A DNA stretch of 64,000 nt from Bryobacteraceae bacterium. Its GTDB lineage: Bacteria > Acidobacteriota > Terriglobia > Bryobacterales > Bryobacteraceae. This document shows positions 47,136 to 55,042 of the stretch, one piece after another (position 1 is the stretch's first letter; each line of letters starts with the position of its first letter). Position numbers and translations under genes: made by a program. The notes beneath the pieces are model-generated. The model was not told the DNA's origin and did not search any database. It worked only from the letters and a program-made list of their open reading frames with translations. The DNA lies in NCBI GenBank assembly GCA_035308605.1, contig DATGGL010000129.1, forward strand, positions 3,332-67,331, in the 5' to 3' direction.

Positions 47136-49053
47136 GCTCCCCCTTCGACAGCGGCACGGATGTCAGCAAGATTGCCGCTTCTCCAGGGACCATCCAGCCC
47201 TCGTCGGTCTCCGGTGAATAGCTGCCGTTCCCGCCATATTGGGGGTCTTCGGTGGAAAATAGCAGCGTCCAACGCCTATCAATCGGTGGCGCGAGCAGCG
47301 GTTCGGGCGCCGGGGTCAAACGCAGGTCCGCTCCGAAGTTCACAATCAGCAGCCAGTCGCTTTCGTCCGTGTTGAAATATCGCAGCAGAAAAGCGTGCTC
47401 GGCCAGAACGGCCCCGTCCAATCCGCCCGGTTTGGGGTTTTTCAGGATTCGCGCGCCGTGACGTAACCGGAGCAGGTCTTTATGGAGCAAGTACCAGGGA
47501 TGATGCCGCTCGCGGTCGGCGAAATCCAGTTTGCAGCTTTCGAAAGTTCCCGGGTTTCCCGGGTCGCTCAAGAGGCTCTGCGCCTCAGGCCCTTGCAGGC
47601 TTCGGAACTGCGAAAGAAACTCTCCGCGGCCCCGATAAACCAACTTGGCGATCTCTGGCCGATGATCCGAGAAATACTGGAATCGCGCGGAGGAGGCAAA
47701 TTCCTGGCCCTGAAACAACATGGGAGTCGATGGACCGAGCAGGAGAAGAGCGGTCATCGCTCTTAGTTTGCCGGGGCTCGTGATCTGATGCATTCGCCTG
47801 CCGCGGGCCGAATTTGCGACTTGGTCGTGATTCTCGATGAAGGTCACGAATGAGGCGGGCGGAACTCCTAAGGTCGAACTTCCGCGCCGTTGTTTTTGCC
47901 AGGAGTACCATTGACCCTGGTAAAGGAATCCATATTTCGCAGCCGAGACAAACTCCTGTGCCACGCCAAGGTGGTCTGAATAATATGCTTCATTGTGGCC
48001 GGTAAGGGCCACCACCGCGCTGTGATGGAAATCATCGTTCCACATGGCGTCGATCCCGTAACCGCCGCGATCCAGCGGTTGCACCAGTCGAATATCTTGC
48101 GGTTCGTTCTCGGCAACGATGAACACTGTCCGTCCGAGGGCGCGTTTGTGCGCGTCACGAACAATCTCGTCGAGAATATGCGGCGAGCCATCGTCGTAGA
48201 TATTCTGGGTGGCGTCTAAACGCAAACCGTCCAGGTGAAATTCCTCGATCCAGTAGGCCGCGTTGCTTCTGAACATCTCGCGCACGGGACCGGAACCTGC
48301 GCCGTCGAAATTGATGGCCTCGCCCCAATCCGTCGTATGACGCTTGCTGAAATAATCCTCACTAAACCATTTCAGATAGTTGCCGTCGGGGCCGAGATGA
48401 TTGTAGACGACATCGAGCAAAACGCCCACGCCCTCCGCATGAGCCGCATCCACGAACGCGCGGAAATCCTCCGGGCGGCCGTACAGCCAAGTGGGCGCGA
48501 AGAGATCGACGCCATCGTAGCCCCAGCCAAACCGGCCCGGAAAATCGGCGACGGGCATTACCTCAATCACCGTGATCCCAATCGAAGCCAATTCCTTCAA
48601 CTGGGCCGCAGCAGCTCTCCAGGTGCCTTCTTTGGTGAACGTTCCAATATGCATCTCATAAATCACTTGCCCGTTCGCCGGCACGCCCTTCCAGCCACGG
48701 TCTGTCCAGCGAAAGGAAGGATCAATTACCTCGGAGGGTCCATGCGGGCCGTCCGGTTGAAAGCGGGATGCGGGATCGGGGTAGACGAGTGTGGGGTCTT
48801 CATCCAGCCGCAGACGGTACCGCGCTCCAGCCTTGGCTTTCGCGACGAGGCCGGAGTAGTATCCTTCCGGTTCGCGCTTCAGCAAAAAAGATGAAACATC
48901 GGGCACCGCCGACTCGATCATCACTTCAACGCTGCGGCGTTCTGGAGCCCAGACGCGAAAGTGAACTCCCCGAGGTCGAACTTCCGCGCCGATGGGAAAT
49001 CGACGTTTGGGTATGCCTCTCCGTGCATTTGAAGCGGGTTTTCGGCTTTTCAT
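47125..49053 (-). CDS. treZ: Malto-oligosyltrehalose trehalohydrolase (GH13)
   Basis: GVHFRVWAP, FGWGYDGV, GVLLDVVYNHLG, GLRLDA, IVAENE, FIENHDQ. 11-nt overlap with the downstream debranching gene. Confidence 0.8.
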   Translation of the reverse strand: MKSRKPASNARRGIPKRRFPIGAEVRPRGVHFRVWAPERRSVEVMIESAVPDVSSFLLKREPEGYYSGLVAKAKAGARYRLRLDEDPTLVYPDPASRFQPDGPHGPSEVIDPSFRWTDRGWKGVPANGQVIYEMHIGTFTKEGTWRAAAAQLKELASIGITVIEVMPVADFPGRFGWGYDGVDLFAPTWLYGRPEDFRAFVDAAHAEGVGVLLDVVYNHLGPDGNYLKWFSEDYFSKRHTTDWGEAINFDGAGSGPVREMFRSNAAYWIEEFHLDGLRLDATQNIYDDGSPHILDEIVRDAHKRALGRTVFIVAENEPQDIRLVQPLDRGGYGIDAMWNDDFHHSAVVALTGHNEAYYSDHLGVAQEFVSAAKYGFLYQGQWYSWQKQRRGSSTLGVPPASFVTFIENHDQVANSARGRRMHQITSPGKLRAMTALLLLGPSTPMLFQGQEFASSARFQYFSDHRPEIAKLVYRGRGEFLSQFRSLQGPEAQSLLSDPGNPGTFESCKLDFADRERHHPWYLLHKDLLRLRHGARILKNPKPGGLDGAVLAEHAFLLRYFNTDESDWLLIVNFGADLRLTPAPEPLLAPPIDRRWTLLFSTEDPQYGGNGSYSPETDEGWMVPGEAAILLTSVPLSKGEHAE

Positions 49054-49154
49054 CTTGAAGATTGGACTTGGCCCGATCGGCGGTACAGAAGTTAGAGAGC
49101 CACATGGGCTTCGGCGTTTCGGACCTCCTGCGGCGCAACCACCCGGCCGGAGCT

Positions 49155-49415
49155 ATGGTATCTCTTGATTTCATGGCAACAGACGAAGAACTCCGATCAG
49201 AGATCGAACGGCTCCGCGCCGAGAACGAGGCGCTGAAAAAACCACGCGGCAACGTGTACTTGAAGGTGAGCGAAAAAGGCGGGCTCTCAGTGTACGGCAT
49301 GGGCCGTTTCCCGATCACCCTCTACCGCGAACAATGGGAAAAGCTCTTGGGCATGGCCGACGAGATTCGCAACTTCATCCGCGAAAACGATCAGAGCCTG
49401 AAGAAGAAAGAATAG
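49155..49415 (+). CDS. Small coiled-coil hypothetical protein
   Basis: DEELRSEIERLRAENEALKK then GNVYLKVSEKGGLSVYGMGRFPITLYREQWEKLL. Start ambiguous: ATG 49155 or ATG 49173. The track start 49062 is a TTG. Confidence 0.5.
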   Translation: MVSLDFMATDEELRSEIERLRAENEALKKPRGNVYLKVSEKGGLSVYGMGRFPITLYREQWEKLLGMADEIRNFIRENDQSLKKKE

Positions 49416-49606
49416 TTGCTGTCCGGCTCAGAACGCGGTCGAACAACCGCCCCAGGGACGGAGGCGGCCTTGGAGTCAGAGAAGGTGAGATTGGGGATCC
49501 TGCAGCAGAGTGGACACTGAGTCCCATTTGCGGACAGCCTCTTCGCCAGAGATCCTAATAGAATCAACGTAATTTCATTGCGATCGAATTGCGATGTACT
49601 TACGCC

Positions 49607-52027
49607 ATGGCATCGCCACTCACGCACACGCTTCGCCAGTTTCGAAGGGATCCTGCTTTCAACTTGACGATAGTCGGAACGCTGGGGCTGACTGTTGGCT
49701 TGAGCACTGCAGTCTTCAGCATTATGGACGCGGTATTCCTTCGCCCGCTCCCGTACAAGGAGCCCAGCCGCATCTTTTCGTTGCTCACCACCTCGCCCCA
49801 GGGCTTTACGCAGCCGGCCTCCTACCTTGAGTTCGTCGACTGGCGTCGCGAGGCCGCCCCTTTTTCGAACGTCGCCGCGTATAACTCCTTCGCGAGCGTG
49901 AATGCCGAGACGGGCGGCAGTGCCGTTTCGCTGCATGCTGTCACAGCGAGCGACAATTTCTTCGACGTGCTCGGCGTGAGACCGGTGCTCGGCAGAACGT
50001 TCGAGAAAGGTGAGGAGGATCCGGGACGAAACTTTGTGGTTGTGCTGAGCCACGAAGTCTGGCAGGATCTGTTCGCGGCGCGGCCTGAGGCAATCGGCGC
50101 GAAAATCAAACTGGACGGTCAGCCCTACACCGTGATCGGCGTGATGCCGGAAGGCTTCCGTTTCCCCATAAGCCGGACCCAGGCTATCTATTTTCCGCTG
50201 AAGATGCTGAAGAACCAGCGCGAGGGCCGTGGGAATCACTGGCTGCCGACGGTTGCCCGGCTCGCTGAAAGGGTTTCGCGCGAAGACGCTCAAAGTCGAC
50301 TCAACCAGGTATTCGCGCACCTAAGCGATGCATATCCGGAGACCAAAGGTCGTAAAGTTCAACTGATTGACTTGGCGACGTTCACCGTCGGCGACTCGCG
50401 GGCACGCGGCGCCTTGCAACTGCTCGGTGTCGGAATTGCTGCCTTGATTGCGCTCGGATGCGTGAACCTGGCCGGTTTGCTGCTGGCGCGCGGGGTGCGC
50501 ATGCAGCATGAGGTTGCGATCCGAAGCGCGCTCGGGGCAAGCCGGAGCCGGCTGATGGCCCGGCTGCTGTCGGAGAACATCTCCTACGCCATCGCCGGCG
50601 GCGCAGTGGGCTTGCTGCTTGCCGACGCCCTGTTGGGCGCAACGCGTGTCCTACTCGTCTCGGCCCTCAATCGCGGATCAGAGGTGCGTCTGAACGGGAC
50701 GGTGCTGACGGCGGCTCTCGTGGTTTCGATGCTCACGACGCTGCTTGCTGGTTTGTGGCCGGCGTTCCGGTTTTCCGCCACATCTGCCGCCACTTCCCTC
50801 CGCTCTGGAAACCGTGTTGGAATGGACCGCGGGCAAAGCCGCCTGCGCGCGGGGTTCGTGTGCGTGCAAGTATCCCTGGCGATGGTCCTGCTGGTTACCT
50901 CCGGCCTCGTTTTTCGCGAGCTGTCCCGTTTGCAGCACGGCGACTTCGGATTCGATCCATCGTCGATACTGGCCGCCGAGATCGATCTTTCGCCGGGATC
51001 TTATGAGAATCGTGACGTCGTGACGGATTTCTACACGCCCATGCTGGAACGCGTGACCGCAATCCCCGGGGTTCGAGCCGCGGGTCTCATTCAAATTGTG
51101 CCGATCCAGAACTGGGGCTGGAACAGCAGCGTCGAAATCGTCGGTCAGCCACCGAGCCCGCCGGGCCATGAGCGCAACGCCGAGTTTCGAATCGTCACGT
51201 CCGGTTACTTCTCCGCTTTCGGAATCCGTCTGCTGCGCGGCCGCCTTGTCAACGAGAAAATCGATACGCCCACGTCGCAACGCGTTGTAGTCGTGAATCA
51301 GCGCTTTGTCGAGCGTTTCATCCCCGCTGGTTTGGATCCTTTATCGCAGTCGATCCAGGACGGCCAGGCCAAGGTGGCGATCGTGGGTGTTGTGTCCAAT
51401 GTCCGGCAGAGCATTTTTGGTCCGCCGCTGGCTGAGACTGACATGCCGATTTCGCAGATCCCGCACGATCTGCGCAATCAGTTTCTGGCCGGAATGCAAT
51501 TAGTGGTTCAGACCACCAACGCTCCGAACGCGATCATCCCGGACCTCAGGCGCATGTTCGGGGAACTCGACCGGACTCTGCCCTTCCGGACGCCGCAAAC
51601 CATGGACGACGTCGTCGCGGGCGCGCTGACTTTACAACGGCTGGAGAACTGGGCGTTCGTAAGCTTCGCTGTCCTGTCGCTAGTCCTGGCACTCCTCGGG
51701 CTCTATGGGCTGATCAGTCATGAAGTGGAATCGTCGCGCCGCGATATTGGAATTCGCATCGCGATCGGAGCATCGCGCGGCCGTATTTTCAGAGTGATCT
51801 ACCGGCGCGTCGCGGCGATGCTGGTGATCGGAGTCGCCGGTGGAATCGTGGCTACCTGGTCTGCTAGAAAACTTATCGAGTCGGTGGCTCCTCTGCAGGG
51901 AGCGGGCAGTATTGCAATGATCCTGGCGCTGACCTTGGTTTTTGCCTTAGTGGCCTGCTTCGCGGCCTTCATCCCCGCCCGACGGGCCGCGACTGTTGAT
52001 CCGATCGAAGCGCTGCGTTGCGATTGA
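49607..52027 (+). CDS. ADOP-family duplicated FtsX/MacB-like ABC permease
   Basis: About 806 aa with two MacB_PCD + FtsX halves. N-terminal LRQFRRDPAFNLTIVGTLGLTVGLSTAVFS. C-terminal RRDIGIRIAIGASRG...IPARRAATVDPIEALR. Confidence 0.85.
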   Translation: MASPLTHTLRQFRRDPAFNLTIVGTLGLTVGLSTAVFSIMDAVFLRPLPYKEPSRIFSLLTTSPQGFTQPASYLEFVDWRREAAPFSNVAAYNSFASVNAETGGSAVSLHAVTASDNFFDVLGVRPVLGRTFEKGEEDPGRNFVVVLSHEVWQDLFAARPEAIGAKIKLDGQPYTVIGVMPEGFRFPISRTQAIYFPLKMLKNQREGRGNHWLPTVARLAERVSREDAQSRLNQVFAHLSDAYPETKGRKVQLIDLATFTVGDSRARGALQLLGVGIAALIALGCVNLAGLLLARGVRMQHEVAIRSALGASRSRLMARLLSENISYAIAGGAVGLLLADALLGATRVLLVSALNRGSEVRLNGTVLTAALVVSMLTTLLAGLWPAFRFSATSAATSLRSGNRVGMDRGQSRLRAGFVCVQVSLAMVLLVTSGLVFRELSRLQHGDFGFDPSSILAAEIDLSPGSYENRDVVTDFYTPMLERVTAIPGVRAAGLIQIVPIQNWGWNSSVEIVGQPPSPPGHERNAEFRIVTSGYFSAFGIRLLRGRLVNEKIDTPTSQRVVVVNQRFVERFIPAGLDPLSQSIQDGQAKVAIVGVVSNVRQSIFGPPLAETDMPISQIPHDLRNQFLAGMQLVVQTTNAPNAIIPDLRRMFGELDRTLPFRTPQTMDDVVAGALTLQRLENWAFVSFAVLSLVLALLGLYGLISHEVESSRRDIGIRIAIGASRGRIFRVIYRRVAAMLVIGVAGGIVATWSARKLIESVAPLQGAGSIAMILALTLVFALVACFAAFIPARRAATVDPIEALRCD

Positions 52028-52068
52028 AGCTTCTTATTTTGGCGATGTCTTTATTTGGGCGATGTCGT

Positions 52069-52326
52069 TCAGACGCGATCGCCAGAGGCCGACACAATAT
52101 CCGCCCGGTGCTCTTCCTCCGCGATGACATAGTCGCGGACATCATCCAGAGTGTATCCGGCGCACTCCGCGTCAGACACAATGGCGTCCAGCTCTTGGCA
52201 CACTTCGGACCGGATATCCGGGAACTCGCCAAGCGGGTCGCGCAGATCACACTCAACCAATCGCTCATACGCCAGCTTAAATCTGCGAGCAAGCGGATGA
52301 AACTTCTCAATTCTGTTACGCGCCAT
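52069..52326 (-). CDS. Acidic hypothetical protein (85 aa)
   Basis: ATG start with a GGTGAG SD-like motif 3 nt upstream. 41 nt downstream of the DUF98-like gene. No domain recognised. Confidence 0.5.
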   Translation of the reverse strand: MARNRIEKFHPLARRFKLAYERLVECDLRDPLGEFPDIRSEVCQELDAIVSDAECAGYTLDDVRDYVIAEEEHRADIVSASGDRV

Positions 52327-52367
52327 TTCTCACCCGCTTGTTGGATGATGTCGAGGACCTCATCGTT

Positions 52368-52934
52368 TCAACTGCAAGCAAATATCCGCTCAGATACATC
52401 ACCTTGGAGCGCAAGATCCGCGGGAAAGTATTCCGAGATAACCATTAGTGGCGCACCGTGCTGAAGCACTCGATAGGAACGAGCCAGGAGGATCGCATCA
52501 AGACCACAACCGAAGTGAATCGAGAGCTTACCGGCGGGCTCTCGCCAAAACCGGAGCACCTGTTTTGCGGTCTCCAACCGATATTCGCTCCAGAGCCGCC
52601 CGATGGGCTTCCCGGATTCGACCAGGTCGCTGCGCATTGGCGCCGGTAGCCGGTTGAGGGCGATCCAGGATTGCGCGAAGACAAAGTTTCGCAGCGAACT
52701 CGCGCCTTGCAGAAGAATCTCGCGGCGCATAACCGGAAGACCGGAATCCTGCGCAAGACCGACAGGCCCGTCATCGGCCGATGAGACATCCACCGAAAGC
52801 CTGACCAACTTGATTGGTTCTAAGAACGCTGCCTCCAGCGCATCCGTCAAAGTGCCATCGTTCACCAGGAGAAGCCGCTGAAGAAGGTTCAACGACCGGC
52901 CCCCGATAGCATCTAATTGCTCTAAAAACGACAT
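52368..52934 (-). CDS. DUF98 / chorismate-pyruvate-lyase-like (UTRA-fold) protein
   Basis: LLLVNDGTLTDALEA, RREILLQG, FAQSWIALNRLP, KPIGRLW, SYRVLQHGAPLMVISEYFP. ATG 52934 (TTG 52952 possible). Confidence 0.65.
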   Translation of the reverse strand: MSFLEQLDAIGGRSLNLLQRLLLVNDGTLTDALEAAFLEPIKLVRLSVDVSSADDGPVGLAQDSGLPVMRREILLQGASSLRNFVFAQSWIALNRLPAPMRSDLVESGKPIGRLWSEYRLETAKQVLRFWREPAGKLSIHFGCGLDAILLARSYRVLQHGAPLMVISEYFPADLALQGDVSERIFACS

Positions 52935-52998
52935 CCGATGCAAGTGTGGCAAGCGACGAATTCACTACGCTTGCATGGTGACGCCGGCGACCTGTCCT

Positions 52999-53211
52999 CT
53001 ACGGTTTCGATTTCCATCGTTGCTTGCGACCCAACCTGATTTCGACTTGCCGGGCGCAACCGGGACACGCCATGCGTTGATCACCTTGAAGCCGGTCGAG
53101 CGTTTGAAGGAATTCATGCCCACAAAGAGGGCAGTGCAGGCCGATCTCCGTTTCGCCCGCGAGGCCGGCTGGCGGTGACGGTAGCCATTCGTCGTCCGGC
53201 GGGGTATGCAT
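52999..53211 (-). CDS. Small zinc-ribbon protein (about 70 aa)
   Basis: CPLCGHEF...(19 aa)...CPGCARQV. Start uncertain: ATG 53211 has no SD, and the track TTG 53289 lies inside the upstream terminator's T-tract. Confidence 0.45.
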   Translation of the reverse strand: MHTPPDDEWLPSPPAGLAGETEIGLHCPLCGHEFLQTLDRLQGDQRMACPGCARQVEIRLGRKQRWKSKP

Positions 53212-53284
53212 TGGATCAAATGTTGCATTCACGCCTGCCGCACCGCAATTTGCCAATCGGCAAGGGTGGTGAGAAGCGGATGTA

Positions 53285-53328
53285 TCCAATGAAAAAACGG
53301 GGCCTGGTGCCGAAGTGCCGGCACCAGG
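53285..53328 (-). terminator. Hairpin + T6 downstream of the 56-aa zinc-ribbon gene
   Basis: Minus strand: CCTGGTGCCG-GCACTT-CGGCACCAGG (10-bp perfect stem), CCCCG, TTTTTT. The 5-nt spacer before the T-tract lowers confidence. Confidence 0.5.
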
Positions 53329-53351
53329 AGTGGGTTTGTGCCTGCGGCGTT

Positions 53352-53522
53352 TTAGTGATGTGCGCCTATCGATGCCTCGCCTGCCGGCGCGCGGAGCTTT
53401 ACTTTATCCTCCGCTGTTCGCTTTCTGGCTGCCTCGATCCTGTCCGAACACTTAACACAAATCGGTTTGCCGTTTTCGTGCAGCTCCGTCTCGGCTCCGC
53501 ACTTTGAACACTTGTAGTTCAT
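53352..53522 (-). CDS. 56-aa zinc-ribbon protein (below the 60-aa track cutoff)
   Basis: Hand translation: MNYKCSKCGAETELHENGKPICVKCSDRIEAARKRTAEDKVKLRAPAGEASIGAHH. AAGGAG SD 6 nt upstream of the ATG. CxxC-x13-CxxC. Terminator-like hairpin downstream. Confidence 0.65.
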   Translation of the reverse strand: MNYKCSKCGAETELHENGKPICVKCSDRIEAARKRTAEDKVKLRAPAGEASIGAHH

Positions 53523-53847
53523 GTTCTACTCCTTGGTGCGTAACGTTAGGTTGGACGGCTCGGCTGGACAGAGGTTACTACCCTCCAGGGTGGGCAAAGA
53601 AAGAGGACTGATCCGAAGACGGGCGGCACCAGGATGACTCAAAGTCGCCTCTGAAGTTCTTTGCCTATTTGGCTAATAAATTGATTTCCGCGGAATTGCA
53701 TCATTGCAAATTAGACGAGGCGACCAGCGGATCTCGTGGCGCACCTGTCAGTTACAAAGGGAGGTTTAGCGAATCATTAACTCAGCCTGAAAACATAGAC
53801 TACGTGCACACCTTCCTGTATCCTCCTATTCATTCTGTCCTACTCGA

Positions 53848-54477
53848 ATGGCCTCGTTGAGTCCTGTTCGCATCCTGGTTACCGAGGATCATCTCATCGC
53901 TCGCAAAGGGCTGACCGCAATCATTAACGCTCGAACGGATCTGGTCGTCGTTGCGGAAGCGGTTGACGGTGAAGACGCCATCCAGAAATTTCGGACCTAT
54001 CAGCCGGACGTCACAATCATGGATATGCGAATGCCTCGCATGAGTGGCTTCGATGCAATAGGAGCAATCCGAGCTGAATTTCCTTCGGCGAATATCATTG
54101 CAATCTCTGCATTTGGAGGGGACCAAGACATCCGCCGGGCCCTAAAGCTTGGAGCTCGATCCTATCTCTTGAAAGGGGTCTTAGAGGACCAGTTGATCGA
54201 GGCGATTCGATCGGCTCACGCAGGAAAGAACTACCTTCCTCCAGAAGTGGCGGATTCGCTCAAGTCTCCGCTTCCGGCTCCGAATCTTACCGCTCGCGAA
54301 CTGAATGTTCTAACCTTGCTGGCCCGGGGACTCCTTAACAAGCAGATTGCGGCAGAGCTTGGAATCGCGGAGTACACGGTCAAGAATCATGTGAAGAAAA
54401 TTCTGGAAAAGCTCGGTGTCGATGATCGGACACAAGCTGCAACCTCTGCCATTATGCGAGGTGTCATTCACATTTGA
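53848..54477 (+). CDS. NarL/FixJ-family response regulator (REC + LuxR HTH), no cognate kinase in window
   Basis: VRILVTEDH, VTIMDMRMPRMSG, IIAISAFG, YLLKG. HTH LTARELNVLTLLARGLLNKQIAAELGIAEYTVKNHVKKILEKLGV. Confidence 0.85.
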   Translation: MASLSPVRILVTEDHLIARKGLTAIINARTDLVVVAEAVDGEDAIQKFRTYQPDVTIMDMRMPRMSGFDAIGAIRAEFPSANIIAISAFGGDQDIRRALKLGARSYLLKGVLEDQLIEAIRSAHAGKNYLPPEVADSLKSPLPAPNLTARELNVLTLLARGLLNKQIAAELGIAEYTVKNHVKKILEKLGVDDRTQAATSAIMRGVIHI

Positions 54478-54515
54478 TTTGATCTGTAACCGTTTACAGT
54501 TGTGGCTGGCTAGAG

Positions 54516-54565
54516 CTATATTCCATTCGGCTTATTGCCGATAGTTATATTCCATTTGGCGTATT
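54516..54565 (+). promoter_or_regulatory. Two 21-nt direct repeats 29 bp apart, flanked by TAGAGCTAT copies
   Basis: CTATATTCCATTCGGCTTATT (54516) and TTATATTCCATTTGGCGTATT (54545), 18/21 identical. TAGAGCTAT at 54511 and 54582. Function unknown. Confidence 0.4.
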
Positions 54566-54647
54566 ACTCATTGAGGCCCTATAGAGCTATTGTTGACTCC
54601 CGGCCATTCACAGTAGACTCCCGTATACGTTGTTTCTATTTTAGCGA

Positions 54648-54691
54648 AGCGGCGGTGTGATCCCCCCCAAACGATCTTCCGCCGCCTTTTT
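54648..54691 (+). terminator. Rho-independent terminator-like hairpin 170 nt after the regulator gene
   Basis: GCGGCGG...(inner GATC/GATC pairing, C-rich loop)...CCGCCGC followed by C-TTTTT. Confidence 0.6.
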
Positions 54692-55042
54692 GTGTTGCTA
54701 GCTATGCTCGCCGAAATGAATCGGGAGCTACAGGGAGTCTTTTTTGGTAAATCACAATTCAAGACTTAGATTGTTTTTAAGGTTACGCACATGCAACATG
54801 TGAATGACAACGTAGATTGCCTAAAATTTGTCTTGACGGATCGCCGGTCAGCATACATTATTTTCTACAGGGCTTTTACAAGGCCTTTGTAGTCTGGCCG
54901 ATCGCGGATTTAGCTATCGGGGTGCCGTGGGAGCGGCAGCCCAGTGACACCGGTTCGGCGTGGAGAGTAGAACTCTGGTTATCTCGCTATCTGCCAGTTG
55001 AACTTTTTTGGAAGCTTCGAAAACGAAAATTCAGGGGAGAGT

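Noticed and set aside
53175-53507. 110-aa plus-strand ORF antisense to the two zinc-ribbon genes
   Set aside because: Cys/Arg-rich mirror image of the minus-strand CxxC genes. The minus-strand genes have the SD, terminator and zinc-ribbon logic.
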